NCBI RefSeq assembly: GCF_017068455.1
Contig: NZ_CP070608.1
Span: forward strand, 1,157,488-1,221,487
DNA: 64,000 nt
Direction: 5' to 3'
Origin: Fulvivirga lutea
GTDB taxonomy: Bacteria; Bacteroidota; Bacteroidia; Cytophagales; Cyclobacteriaceae
Below the pieces are notes generated by a model, which saw only the letters and a list, made by a program, of their open reading frames with translations, had not been told where the DNA came from and ran no database searches. This document shows positions 9,790 to 19,094 of this stretch, in pieces (the stretch's first letter is position 1; every line of letters begins with the position of its first letter). The translations under genes and the position numbers were made by a program.

Positions 9790-10717
9790 GAACAAAATAC
9801 TTTTAATTGTTTTCGGGGTATTGTTAGCTATATATTTTGGAAACAAATTTCTAGGGAGTAATAACGATAGAAATTTTAGAGATGTATTGGTAGAACTTGA
9901 CACTGCTTCAGTGAATAAGGTGGTGATTGAAGCCAGAGCTAACAGCCATCAACCTGTTGAGTTTATAAAAGAAGGGGGCAAATGGTCTGTTTCAAATGGA
10001 GCCAAAAAAGACGATGCAGATAAAAATAGTGTAAAGTCAATCATTAACTCGCTGATTAAGCTGGAACCACAGCGGTTGGTTTCTAATTCAGAGGATAAAT
10101 GGGCACAGTATGAAGTAAATGATTCGTTGGGAACAAAAGTGAAAATGTATGCAGGGGATAAGGAATTGGCGAATTTAGTGGTTGGTAAATTTAACTTCAA
10201 CCAGCAGGCCAGAACGGCAGCTACATTTGTGCGATTAGCCGATGAAGAAGAAGTGTATACAGTAGATGGCTTTCTCGCTTCCACGTACAACCAGGAGTTT
10301 AACAGCTTTAGAGATAAAACATTTGTAAAAACTACTCCAGAAAACTTAACCTCTTTGAAATTTGATTATGCTGGTGATAGCAGTTTTGTATTAAATAAAG
10401 TTTCAGACGCTACGACTGGCTCAGTATGGCAGGTGAATGGAGTGGAGGCTGACTCTGCGTCAGTTCAGAAATATCTGAATGGATTAAGAAGGCTGAACCA
10501 AAGTGACTTCGCGGATGACTTCACACCATCGGAAGGTGCTGCTTACACCTTAACTATTGATGGTAATAACATGAATAGTATCGTTGTTAAAGGCTTTATG
10601 CGCGATGATGAAGTGATTTTAAACTCTTCATTAAACTCAGATGCCTACTTCAAAAAAGGGAGCCTGAACGTGTTTGAGAAGTTGTTTGTTTCTTCTCAGT
10701 CTTTCACATCAAATTAG
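9782..10717 (+). CDS. DUF4340-like secreted protein commonly encoded downstream of gldG
   Basis: 311 aa, N-terminal signal/anchor; overlaps the gldG end by 8 bp. This is a recollection of a conserved gldG-DUF4340 pairing, not verified. Confidence 0.4.
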   Translation: MSKNKILLIVFGVLLAIYFGNKFLGSNNDRNFRDVLVELDTASVNKVVIEARANSHQPVEFIKEGGKWSVSNGAKKDDADKNSVKSIINSLIKLEPQRLVSNSEDKWAQYEVNDSLGTKVKMYAGDKELANLVVGKFNFNQQARTAATFVRLADEEEVYTVDGFLASTYNQEFNSFRDKTFVKTTPENLTSLKFDYAGDSSFVLNKVSDATTGSVWQVNGVEADSASVQKYLNGLRRLNQSDFADDFTPSEGAAYTLTIDGNNMNSIVVKGFMRDDEVILNSSLNSDAYFKKGSLNVFEKLFVSSQSFTSN

Positions 10718-10725
10718 TAATAATT

Positions 10726-10741
10726 CCCCTCCCGGGAGGGG
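10726..10741. repeat. GC-rich perfect palindrome CCCCTCCCGGGAGGGG
   Basis: Seen directly. It lies just after the stop of the DUF4340-like gene in an AT-rich background and is not followed by a U-tract. Confidence 0.6.
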
Positions 10742-10770
10742 TTAGGGGTGGGTTTCTAAATTAATACTTA

Positions 10771-10870
10771 TTGTCATGTTGAGCTTGTCGAAACATGAGG
10801 TACGTAAAGCCACATTTCGACAGGCTCAATGTGACAAACTAATTTTAAACGTCATTTCGCAAATGACTTT
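10771..10870 (+). repeat. intergenic palindromic element: a 23-bp-stem hairpin (TTGTCATGTTGAGCTTGTCGAAA / TTTCGACAGGCTCAATGTGACAA) plus the short hairpin GTCATTTCG-CAAATGAC followed by TTTG
   Basis: Seen directly. The three arm mismatches are all G-U wobbles when the + strand is transcribed. The short hairpin shares the AACGTCATTTCG ... AAATGAC ends with the element at 13021-13116. Confidence 0.6.
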
Positions 10871-10874
10871 GTAA

Positions 10875-12068
10875 TTACTTAATCTGATTTACAAACGCCC
10901 CAATAATCGGCTTAGCCAAGTCAAACAAAGGAAAGTCTTGAACTGATCTATTCATGATAATGGCCACTGTCAGCTGATAATCCGGAACTAAAAGAAGTAA
11001 CGCAGTAGAACCCACTGCCGTGCCGCCATGATGAATAACTGTTACTTTGTCTGGGATATCATCAAACTCAAATTCACTTTTTCGCCAACCTAAAGCATAA
11101 TTTTGTTCATTTATTTCGCCATTGTTAAGAGCTATAGGAGTAGTAATAATTTCAAATGTTTCTCGGCTAATAAAGCCTTCATTTAACAATGAAAGGCCCA
11201 TTTTTACTAAATCAGTAGGCGTTGAAATTATGCCTCCCCCTGCCCATTTATTACTGTTGTCCACTTCAAATGATTTTTTATATTCACCTTCCCTAACTTC
11301 ATAAAACTCCGCACGGTTGGTAAAAATGGAATCGTTGAAATCAAATGTGGTTTGATGCATTTCCAGTGGTTCAAAAACTTCGTTTTTCATTAGTTCATAA
11401 AAGCTTACATCAGCTGCTTTTTCCAAAACAGCACTTAATAAGGTGAAGTTGTAACTACTATAGCTAAAATCAGTGCCGGGTTCAAAAAGTAAAGGGTCTT
11501 GCACAAACAATTCCAAACTCTCATCTACTGAAGCATATGCATCGTTGCTGTAATATTCAAAAATGGGGATGCATAAACAGACATCATAATTCCGAATGCC
11601 TGATGTATGGCTCGCCAGCTGCTTGATCGTAACATTGTTATACTTATAATCAGGTAAGTATTTTGTTACCTTATCTTCGATGTTCAAGGCTCCTGCATCC
11701 ATTAACTTAGCCAGCGCAACACTCGTAACGGCCTTTGAAACGCTACCAATTCTAAAACTAGTCTGAGTGTTAGCAGCTATTTCTTGATCAATATCGGCAT
11801 ATCCTCTGACTTCTGACCATACAATATTATCACCGACTCCAACTGCAACAGATAGGGCAGGAATGCCCATGGCGCTAAATATATCCACTTCAGATTTACT
11901 GAATTTAATGGCATCAAAATAACTACTATCGAGAGCTTCGACAGAAGCATGTTTAAATGTATTGGGTAACGTATTCCAACCCCAGTTGTAGGCAGCTGCC
12001 GGTTCAAACAGAAAATAACTTGCCAAGCACAATTCTGCAATTGTGAAATAAACTACGTATTTCTTCAT
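10875..12068 (-). CDS. serine hydrolase of the beta-lactamase / penicillin-binding-protein family
   Basis: 397 aa; N-terminal signal. The SxxK motif SVSK lies in the context FRIGSVSKAVTSVALAKLMDAG, typical of class-C beta-lactamase-like esterases. Confidence 0.7.
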   Translation of the reverse strand: MKKYVVYFTIAELCLASYFLFEPAAAYNWGWNTLPNTFKHASVEALDSSYFDAIKFSKSEVDIFSAMGIPALSVAVGVGDNIVWSEVRGYADIDQEIAANTQTSFRIGSVSKAVTSVALAKLMDAGALNIEDKVTKYLPDYKYNNVTIKQLASHTSGIRNYDVCLCIPIFEYYSNDAYASVDESLELFVQDPLLFEPGTDFSYSSYNFTLLSAVLEKAADVSFYELMKNEVFEPLEMHQTTFDFNDSIFTNRAEFYEVREGEYKKSFEVDNSNKWAGGGIISTPTDLVKMGLSLLNEGFISRETFEIITTPIALNNGEINEQNYALGWRKSEFEFDDIPDKVTVIHHGGTAVGSTALLLLVPDYQLTVAIIMNRSVQDFPLFDLAKPIIGAFVNQIK

Positions 12069-12079
12069 CTCTGTTTAGC

Positions 12080-12910
12080 TTAATTCACAGAAAGCTGTTC
12101 TGACATTTTATAGAGTATCACTACTTCTATAATTACAGCCGGGATGAGTAAAAGAAGCGCCAGAAAAGACCCAACCACCGTGAGAAAGAATACCGCAATG
12201 ATCAATTCAAAGATACCGGCAACAATGGCTATTCCTCCTGCTGCAGGCCTTAATCGAATAAAGCCTACTCCTAAAATAATACCCAAAGCACCAAAAGTGA
12301 CTGCCGCAGTGGATTGTATGATGATGTAATGAGTTTCATCAAAAGGGGCTATCACATGGTAAATATCAAAAGCGATTAAGATAATATAACATGCTACCAT
12401 TAGATAACTGCTGATTTTTAGAAGGTAATTATCGAACAACTTACCCAATGCTACAAAACCTCGCATAAAGAAAAAGTAACTCGCTAATACACCCAGTTTG
12501 GTTGCAGCTACAAAAATTTGTTGAGAAATACTCATGTAGTCGTTAGTGAGGAGGTAGCTTGCAGCTGCTTCCACAATGCCTAAAGCGAAATAAATGAGCC
12601 CTGCTATCCAGGCTGGTTGTAAAATTGATTTGGTCTGATTTTCAGTGAGCTGACTGACAAAAAGCATCTGCCAAAAACCGGCTTTATCATCTTGTCCAAA
12701 AGTCTGCTTGAAATCCTGACCGAGTGCCTCAACGATAATTCGTAAAGTAGATGGGCGTGGGGTTACTTCACCAGCTTCAATTCGTTGTAGCGTACGAACA
12801 TTTACATTACACTTTTCCACCAACTCATCTTGCGTGAGATTTTGTTCTTTTCGTAAGTCGGCAATTTTTTTACCTAGTTCGGGTTGTTTCATTTTTGTTT
12901 TTTCGAACAA
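12080..12910 (-). CDS. XRE-family helix-turn-helix domain fused to a polytopic membrane domain
   Basis: 276 aa; the N-terminus LGKKIADLRKEQNLTQDELVEKCNVNVRTLQRIEAG is a canonical Cro/C1-type HTH, followed by about 5-6 hydrophobic helices. It lies 12 bp upstream of, and co-oriented with, the beta-lactamase-family gene. Confidence 0.7.
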   Translation of the reverse strand: MFEKTKMKQPELGKKIADLRKEQNLTQDELVEKCNVNVRTLQRIEAGEVTPRPSTLRIIVEALGQDFKQTFGQDDKAGFWQMLFVSQLTENQTKSILQPAWIAGLIYFALGIVEAAASYLLTNDYMSISQQIFVAATKLGVLASYFFFMRGFVALGKLFDNYLLKISSYLMVACYIILIAFDIYHVIAPFDETHYIIIQSTAAVTFGALGIILGVGFIRLRPAAGGIAIVAGIFELIIAVFFLTVVGSFLALLLLIPAVIIEVVILYKMSEQLSVN

Positions 12911-13020
12911 GATTATCGGCTTGTCAAATTAAGAACAAAAATTTGAAATACAACTCACCCGACATTTACCCGACATTTGGGTTTTATGGGTATTATAGGG
13001 GGCTAAACACTAATTAGAAC

Positions 13021-13116
13021 GTCATTTCGTAACGAAGTGGAGAAATCTTTGACATCCAGTTTGAGTGATTGACTTGCTCTATGGCAAAGATTTCTCCGTT
13101 ATCACTGCGAAATGAC
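13021..13116. repeat. nested palindromic intergenic element (outer arms GTCATTTCG ... CGAAATGAC; inner arms GGAGAAATCTTTG ... CAAAGATTTCTCC)
   Basis: Seen directly. It shares its outer arms and the AACGTCATTTCG leader with the short hairpin at 10849-10870. Confidence 0.6.
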
Positions 13117-13130
13117 CTTAGCAAAATCAA

Positions 13131-13172
13131 TTAATAAAAAAACCCTGACCCAGCATAGCTGGCGTCAGGGTT
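13131..13172 (-). terminator. rho-independent terminator downstream of nrdA (stem AACCCTGAC / GTCAGGGTT with an inner CCAGC/GCTGG stem; U-tract on the minus strand)
   Basis: An A-run at 13134-13142 on + gives the U-tract on the minus transcript; the hairpin lies 60 bp after the nrdA stop. Confidence 0.7.
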
Positions 13173-13232
13173 AATTCAAACTAAACTAGCAATTAAAATA
13201 GCCTTCTCTGCCGAAGCCTTGGCGTAGGCAGA

Positions 13233-15620
13233 TCAACTGCCGCAAGCCTCGCACTCATCGGGGTTATCCAATGAACAAACCATATCAGCTTGTTTTTGGG
13301 CCAGGGCAGCATCATCGTTGGCAGCTGTAGCCGCAGCTGGCTGCTCTTTCTTTGTTTTCTCTACTGTAAACTGGATGGCACTTGTAGCTGCTTTAGATCT
13401 CAAGTAATACATACCGGTTTTCAATCCTTTCTTCCATGCGTAGAAGTGCATGGATGTTAACTTACCAAAATTCGGATCCTGAATGTGAACATTCATACTC
13501 TGGCTTTGGCAGATATACGCTCCTCTGTCAGCAGCCATATCAATAATGGTCTTCTGAGAAATTTCCCATACTGTTTTGTACAAGTCTTTAATGTGCTGAG
13601 GTATCTCTGGGATGCTCTGAACAGAACCGTTTGCTTCAATCAGTCTGTTTTTCATTGCATCATTCCAAAGACCAAGCTCAATTAAGTCACGCATCAAGTG
13701 CTTGTTCACAATAATGAACTCACCAGATAATGTTCTTCTTGTATAGATGTTAGAAGTATATGGCTCAAAGCACTCGTTGTTTCCTAATATCTGTGAAGTA
13801 GAAGCTGTTGGCATAGGTGCAAGTAACAATGAGTTTCGCACACCATTTTTTCTAACCTCTTTCTTCAGGCTTGTCCAATCCCATCTGTTAGATTTTGGAG
13901 TAACACCCCACATATCAAACTGGAAGATGCCTTTAGATACCGGAGAGCCTTTGAATGTCTCATAAGGGCCATCTTTCTTCGCTAGCTCCATAGAAGCCGT
14001 CATTGCAGCGTAATAGATAGTCTCGTGGATATCTTCATTCAAACGCTTCGCTTCATCAGATTCGAATGGCATTTTCAACATTAAGAATGTATCAGCCAAT
14101 CCCTGAACACCAATTCCTATAGGTCTGTGTCGCATGTTTGAGTTACGCGCTTCCTCTACAGGGTAGTAGTTAATATCTATAACCTTGTTCAGGTTTTTAG
14201 TGATCACTTTCGTGATTTCATATAACTTCTGATGATCGAATACACCATCTTCAGTAACAAACATTGGAAGTGCAATAGAAGCAAGGTTACAAACAGCCAC
14301 TTCATCTTTAGAAGTGTATTCCATAATCTCAGTACACAAGTTAGAAGACTTGATAGTACCTAAGTTTTTCTGGTTAGACTTCTTGTTAGCTGCATCCTTA
14401 TACAACATATAAGGAGTACCTGTCTCTATTTGTGATTCTAAGATCTCAAACCAAAGGTCTTGCGCCTTCACTTGCTTTCTGTACTTCTCCTCATTCTCGT
14501 ACTTCGTGTAAAGTTTTTCGAATTCATCACCATACGCATCAGAAAGTCCAGGGCACTCATTAGGGTCGAACAAAGACCACATAGCGTTTTCTTCTACACG
14601 CTTCATGAATAAATCGCAAATCCATAGTGCGTAGAATAAATCTCTCGCTCTTAATTCTTCCTTACCGTGATTTTTCTTCAAGTCAAGGAACTGGAAGATA
14701 TCTGCATGCCATGGCTCAAGATAGATGGCAAAGCTACCTTTTCGCTTGCCACCGCCTTGATCCACGTAACGAGCAGTCATGTCAAAATTTCTTAACATAG
14801 GCACGATACCGTTAGAAACGCCACCTGTACCTTTAATGTATGAGCCAGTAGCTCTGATGTTGTGTATGCTTAGTCCAATACCTCCTGCTGACTGTGATAT
14901 TTTAGCGCACTGTTTCAGTGTATCATAAATACCATCGATGCTATCATCCTGCATGGTTAGTAGGAAGCATGAAGAAAGCTGTGGCTTTGGCGTACCTGCA
15001 TTAAATAATGTAGGTGTAGCATGTGTAAACCACTTTTCTGATAGTAAGTTGTATGTTTCGATTGCAGACTCAATATCCTCCCCATGAATACCAACTGCCA
15101 CACGCATTAATAAATGCTGAGGTCTTTCCACAATCTTACCATCAGCTCTCATTAGATACGATCTCTCTAATGTTTTAAAGCCGAAATAGTCGTAGCTAAA
15201 ATCTCTGTCATAAATGATCGAAGAATCTAACAACGCAGCGTTTTTCTTAACCACCCCATACGTCTCTTTCGAAATTAACGGTGCGTTCTCTCCTGTTTTA
15301 GGATCTACATAGGTATATAACCTTTTCATGGTATTGCTAAACGATTTGCTCGTTACCTTGTGCAGATTAGAAATAGCAATACGCGCGGCCAGCTTAGCAA
15401 AGTCTGGGTGCTTGGTGGTTAACGATGCGGTAGTTTCTGCTGCCAGGTTATCCAGCTCTACAGTAGTAACACCATCGTAAATACCATTGATTACTTTTTT
15501 AGCGATGTCTATTGGCTCGATATAGTTCATATCAAGGCCATAGCATAGTTTTTCTATTCGGGAGGTGATCTTATCGAACTTTACGGACTCCCTTCTTCCG
15601 TCTCTTTTAACTACTAACAT
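13233..15620 (-). CDS. nrdA: ribonucleoside-diphosphate reductase, class Ia alpha subunit
   Basis: 795 aa; N-terminal ATP-cone [25 protein letters not shown], catalytic NLCTEI and the C-terminal Cys pair ...CEACGS. Confidence 0.93.
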   Translation of the reverse strand: MLVVKRDGRRESVKFDKITSRIEKLCYGLDMNYIEPIDIAKKVINGIYDGVTTVELDNLAAETTASLTTKHPDFAKLAARIAISNLHKVTSKSFSNTMKRLYTYVDPKTGENAPLISKETYGVVKKNAALLDSSIIYDRDFSYDYFGFKTLERSYLMRADGKIVERPQHLLMRVAVGIHGEDIESAIETYNLLSEKWFTHATPTLFNAGTPKPQLSSCFLLTMQDDSIDGIYDTLKQCAKISQSAGGIGLSIHNIRATGSYIKGTGGVSNGIVPMLRNFDMTARYVDQGGGKRKGSFAIYLEPWHADIFQFLDLKKNHGKEELRARDLFYALWICDLFMKRVEENAMWSLFDPNECPGLSDAYGDEFEKLYTKYENEEKYRKQVKAQDLWFEILESQIETGTPYMLYKDAANKKSNQKNLGTIKSSNLCTEIMEYTSKDEVAVCNLASIALPMFVTEDGVFDHQKLYEITKVITKNLNKVIDINYYPVEEARNSNMRHRPIGIGVQGLADTFLMLKMPFESDEAKRLNEDIHETIYYAAMTASMELAKKDGPYETFKGSPVSKGIFQFDMWGVTPKSNRWDWTSLKKEVRKNGVRNSLLLAPMPTASTSQILGNNECFEPYTSNIYTRRTLSGEFIIVNKHLMRDLIELGLWNDAMKNRLIEANGSVQSIPEIPQHIKDLYKTVWEISQKTIIDMAADRGAYICQSQSMNVHIQDPNFGKLTSMHFYAWKKGLKTGMYYLRSKAATSAIQFTVEKTKKEQPAAATAANDDAALAQKQADMVCSLDNPDECEACGS

Positions 15621-15668
15621 AACATGGGGTGATTTGGAGGTTATTAAAAAGTTTAAAAAATTCAGCTA

Positions 15669-16655
15669 TTAAAAATCTTCATCTAAAGAGAACTTGTTCG
15701 AATCCTCGTTGCCTTTCATTACTCCGGCCTTTTGGTAATCGCCCACTCTCTTCTCGAAAAAATTAGTTTTGCCCTGTAACGAGATCATTTCCATGAAATC
15801 GAATGGGTTCGAAGAATTGTAAATCTTCTTACCGATCAATTCATTTAATAATCTGTCAGCAACAAACTCGATATATTGACACATCAGCTCCGCATTCATG
15901 CCTATTAGGTTTACAGGCAAAGCATCCGTTACAAATTCTTTTTCAATGTCAACGGCATCTTTAATGATGTCGATGATTACTTGCTCGTCTAGTTTGTTCT
16001 CAACATGGTTATTGTATAATAAACAAGCGAAATCACAGTGTAGCCCCTCATCTCTTGAGATTAACTCATTAGAGAAACTTAAACCTGGCATTAAGCCTCT
16101 TTTCTTCAACCAGAAAATTGAACAGAAGCTACCTGAGAAGAATATACCCTCCACAGCAGCAAATGCTACTAGTCTTTCCTGGAAGTTTCCTTCATCGATC
16201 CATCTTAAAGCCCAATCAGCTTTTTTCTTCACGCAGTCCATTGTTTCAATGGCATTGAAAAGTTTATCTTTTTGCTTTGGATCTTTTACATACGTATCGA
16301 TCAATAAAGAATACGTTTCTGAGTGGATGTTCTCCATGGCAATCTGAAAGCCATAAAAGAATTTTGCTTCCGTGTACTGAACTTCAGCTACAAAGTGCTC
16401 AGCAAGGTTTTCATTTACTATACCATCACTGGCAGCAAAGAAGGCCAATACATGAGAAATGAAATGACGCTCACCGTCAGTCATCTTTTCCCAATCTTTA
16501 AGATCTTGACCTAAGTCAATTTCTTCTGCCGTCCAAAAACTTGCTTCTGCTTTCTTATAGAATTCCCAAATGTCATCATGCTTGATGGGGAACAATACAA
16601 AACGGTTTTCGTTTTCTTGTAAAATTGGTTCAATTGCGGTAGCTGTCTCACTCAT
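15669..16655 (-). CDS. nrdB: ribonucleoside-diphosphate reductase, class Ia beta subunit
   Basis: 328 aa; di-iron ligand motifs ([15 protein letters not shown]) and the C-terminal ...DEDF tail typical of R2. Confidence 0.9.
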   Translation of the reverse strand: MSETATAIEPILQENENRFVLFPIKHDDIWEFYKKAEASFWTAEEIDLGQDLKDWEKMTDGERHFISHVLAFFAASDGIVNENLAEHFVAEVQYTEAKFFYGFQIAMENIHSETYSLLIDTYVKDPKQKDKLFNAIETMDCVKKKADWALRWIDEGNFQERLVAFAAVEGIFFSGSFCSIFWLKKRGLMPGLSFSNELISRDEGLHCDFACLLYNNHVENKLDEQVIIDIIKDAVDIEKEFVTDALPVNLIGMNAELMCQYIEFVADRLLNELIGKKIYNSSNPFDFMEMISLQGKTNFFEKRVGDYQKAGVMKGNEDSNKFSLDEDF

Positions 16656-16773
16656 TTTCTTCTCTCAGGTTTACTTAATTACACATAAAGAAAAATCAGC
16701 GGTTGAAATCCTAAGTTCTGATTTTTCGTTTTTCTTGAATTTGACTCAAAAAGTTACAAGGGACTGTGAGTCA

Positions 16774-16800
16774 TGATTGATAGGGTATAATTATCAATCA
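16774..16800. promoter_or_regulatory. palindrome TGATTGATA-GGGTATAAT-TATCAATCA in the nrdB upstream region (candidate operator)
   Basis: Seen directly: 9-bp arms around a 9-bp spacer containing TATAAT, about 120 bp upstream of the nrdB start in a 374-bp intergenic region. Confidence 0.35.
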
Positions 16801-17029
16801 ACTGCACAAATATTGTAAAGGGTTTTATAATATCAAAGCCGAACAAGCATGCGTCATTTAAAGAGTGTAAAAGATCATAACTATCAGATAAACAGATAGT
16901 TAATAGATATTCTTTAATCATGACTTAGCCCAAATTTGGCTTTAAATGAGGATGAAAAATTATTGAAAAGTTTTCCACAGCTGCAAGCAATATCAACATC
17001 TATATGTGCATAGAATCTTACATGTAATA

Positions 17030-17551
17030 TTATCTTTCAAACAACCTTTTTTTGAGGTCTTGAGGCAAGTATTCTAGTAATGGCTGCCCCATTTTATCAA
17101 ACCATTCTGAAGGAGCGTAATAGGTTGAAGCGCTGGTAGGATCGTTGAATTTGGTGTACTTACCAGAACGGGTTCCGTTAGAAAGGGCAGCGGATACAGA
17201 ACTTCGCACCTTCATTTTGTCCAAGTTTGGTTCATTGTCTATGATGTAATCTACTACCTCATTAGAAGAGATGAGTTTACCTATAAAGTCCTGATAATAA
17301 GCTATTTTACGTGTCCAAGGCCAGTTTTTACTATACGCCAGGTTCTTCTTTTCAAACTCGGAATAATCATGTTGCTCGTTAAAAATAGAAAGGCTGGTAA
17401 GGTTGCTTATATGGTTCTCGATCTCAAGGATTTCACGCTTAAAGTTTTCTATTTGATTCTCCAGCTGAACCTTTCTTTCAGATAATGCTTTGATGTAAAG
17501 GTCGGCATACTTTTCGGGGACGTTAAACTTCATATAAGGCGTTATAAGCAA
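17030..17551 (-). CDS. hypothetical protein (predicted coiled-coil N-terminus)
   Basis: 173 aa ORF with no recognised motif; it sits between the nrd operon and rplU. MKFNVPEKY (codon 7) is an alternative start. Confidence 0.45.
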   Translation of the reverse strand: MLITPYMKFNVPEKYADLYIKALSERKVQLENQIENFKREILEIENHISNLTSLSIFNEQHDYSEFEKKNLAYSKNWPWTRKIAYYQDFIGKLISSNEVVDYIIDNEPNLDKMKVRSSVSAALSNGTRSGKYTKFNDPTSASTYYAPSEWFDKMGQPLLEYLPQDLKKRLFER

Positions 17552-17586
17552 TTATTTATCGTTCTGACGAAGATAGTTGAATAGAA

Positions 17587-17652
17587 CAAGCAATGCAAGC
17601 GGTAGAGGCAAGCAAAGCAAGCAAAATGGATATATTTGCTAAAAATCAAGCA
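17587..17652. repeat. cluster of five CAAGCA hexamer direct repeats
   Basis: CAAGCA occurs at 17587, 17596 (CAAGC), 17609, 17618 and 17647, in the divergent region between the hypothetical gene and rplU. Confidence 0.5.
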
Positions 17653-17718
17653 AAAACTTCAATTGCTACATGATTAATCATTTTATAGATGGTTGTTTGA
17701 TATTTTACATTATTGAAT

Positions 17719-17726
17719 TATCTTTG
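17719..17726 (+). promoter_or_regulatory. candidate -7 promoter element TATCTTTG (TAnnTTTG) for rplU-rpmA
   Basis: The motif lies 28 bp upstream of the rplU ATG. Confidence 0.4.
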
Positions 17727-17753
17727 CAGTCCTATTTTTAAAACAGTTATATA

Positions 17754-18065
17754 ATGTACGCAATAGTTGACATAGCCGGAAAGCAGTTCAAAGTAACGCA
17801 AGACCAGTTCGTTTATGCTCCTTTAATGGAGGGCGAAGAAGGCGCTTCCGTAGAATTCGACAAAGTATTATTGGTTGACAATGATGGTAAAGTCGAAGTT
17901 GGCGCACCGCTAGTAAAAGGCGCAAAAGTTTCAGGAAAAATTCTTGGACACGTGAAAGGTGACAAAGTAGTTGTCTTCAAAAAGAAAAGAAGAAAAGGCT
18001 ACAAGAAAAGAAATGGTCACAGACAAGATTTCACTAAAGTATTAATCGAAGGAATTAAAAAATAA
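17754..18065 (+). CDS. rplU: 50S ribosomal protein L21
   Basis: 103 aa; MYAIVDIAGKQFKV... is the canonical L21 N-terminus. Confidence 0.93.
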   Translation: MYAIVDIAGKQFKVTQDQFVYAPLMEGEEGASVEFDKVLLVDNDGKVEVGAPLVKGAKVSGKILGHVKGDKVVVFKKKRRKGYKKRNGHRQDFTKVLIEGIKK

Positions 18066-18074
18066 TAGAACACC

Positions 18075-18332
18075 ATGGCACACAAAAAAGGAGTAGGTAG
18101 TTCGAAGAACGGTAGAGAGTCGGAAAGTAAACGACTTGGAGTTAAGATATACGGTGGACAAGCGGCTATCGCTGGTAACATCATTGTTAGACAAAGAGGA
18201 ACAAAGCACCACCCAGGTGTGAATGTAGGTATCGGTAAAGATCATACATTATTCGCTTTGAAAGACGGTATCGTTAACTTCAAAAAAGGTAAAAACGATC
18301 GTTCATACGTTTCTGTAGAAGAGGTTAACTAA
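18075..18332 (+). CDS. rpmA: 50S ribosomal protein L27
   Basis: 85 aa; [24 protein letters not shown] is the canonical L27. Confidence 0.95.
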   Translation: MAHKKGVGSSKNGRESESKRLGVKIYGGQAAIAGNIIVRQRGTKHHPGVNVGIGKDHTLFALKDGIVNFKKGKNDRSYVSVEEVN

Positions 18333-18356
18333 TACAGACTACCATTAAAAAATTAA

Positions 18357-18398
18357 GACCCTGACGAAACCTAAGGATTTGTCAGGGTTTTTTATTTT
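18357..18398 (+). terminator. rho-independent terminator after rpmA (stem GACCCTGAC / GTCAGGGTT then TTTTTATTTT); likely bidirectional
   Basis: A hairpin plus U-tract lies 25 bp after the rpmA stop; the convergent rhomboid gene ends at 18397. Confidence 0.75.
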
Positions 18399-19017
18399 AG
18401 AATAAACTGAACGTACTCAGCTGATCAATAAATGCTGGTATAACTCCAGGTACGGCAACAATTGTAAAGGCAATTCCAAATAGGCCACCATACAAATGAG
18501 CATCGTGGTTAATATTGTCTCCCTTTCGCTTGCCCATATAAACAGAATAGATAATATAGAGTGCTCCCCATATAAAACCCGGAAAGCATAATAGGCCATA
18601 AAGACATAGGTCTTGGGTTGGATTAAATACAATAAAACTAAAAAGCAGGGCTGATACTCCTCCAGATGCACCCAATGCATTATAGTACGGGCTGTCCTTA
18701 TGTTTTAGAAATGAAGGGATGTCTGATACTACGATTCCAATCAAATACATAAGTACATAGAGTACATATCCGGCTGTTCCGTAGATGGCGGCAAATATTT
18801 GTTCTACATAGCCACCAAACATCCACAGAACGAACATATTAAAGAGCAAGTGAATAAAATCGGCATGAATAAAACCAGAGGATAAAAATCGATGGTATTC
18901 CCTGTTTCTAAGAATGGTATATGGGTTGAAAATTAGCCTTGCCTTCAAGGTTGGATTATTGAAAGCATTGTAGCTTATTAACCCTGTAATAATGATTATT
19001 ATGAGCGTGATTGACAT
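18397..19017 (-). CDS. rhomboid-family intramembrane serine protease
   Basis: 206 aa, 6 TM; GASGGVSALL (the GxSG catalytic Ser) and the conserved HADFIHLLFNM region. Confidence 0.75.
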   Translation of the reverse strand: MSITLIIIIITGLISYNAFNNPTLKARLIFNPYTILRNREYHRFLSSGFIHADFIHLLFNMFVLWMFGGYVEQIFAAIYGTAGYVLYVLMYLIGIVVSDIPSFLKHKDSPYYNALGASGGVSALLFSFIVFNPTQDLCLYGLLCFPGFIWGALYIIYSVYMGKRKGDNINHDAHLYGGLFGIAFTIVAVPGVIPAFIDQLSTFSLF

Positions 19018-19040
19018 GTGAGGGGGTTTTTAAGTTCAAC

Positions 19041-19081
19041 GTTCAAAGTTCGTAGTGTTTGTGCCACTACGAACTTTGAAC
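19041..19081. repeat. perfect 17-bp-stem hairpin GTTCAAAGTTCGTAGTG-TTTGTGC-CACTACGAACTTTGAAC
   Basis: Seen directly. It lies 14 bp downstream of the lpdA stop with no U-tract on either strand. The preceding TTTTAAGTTCAACGTTC resembles TTTTAAGTTCAAAGTTC at 55388-55405. Confidence 0.55.
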
Positions 19082-19094
19082 ATAAAACTTTGAA

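Noticed and set aside
16570-16776. ORFs 16570..16776, 16277..16462 and 16323..16514 in or near the nrdB 5' end
   Set aside because: They overlap nrdB on the other strand or lie in its AT-rich leader. They have no start context or motif.
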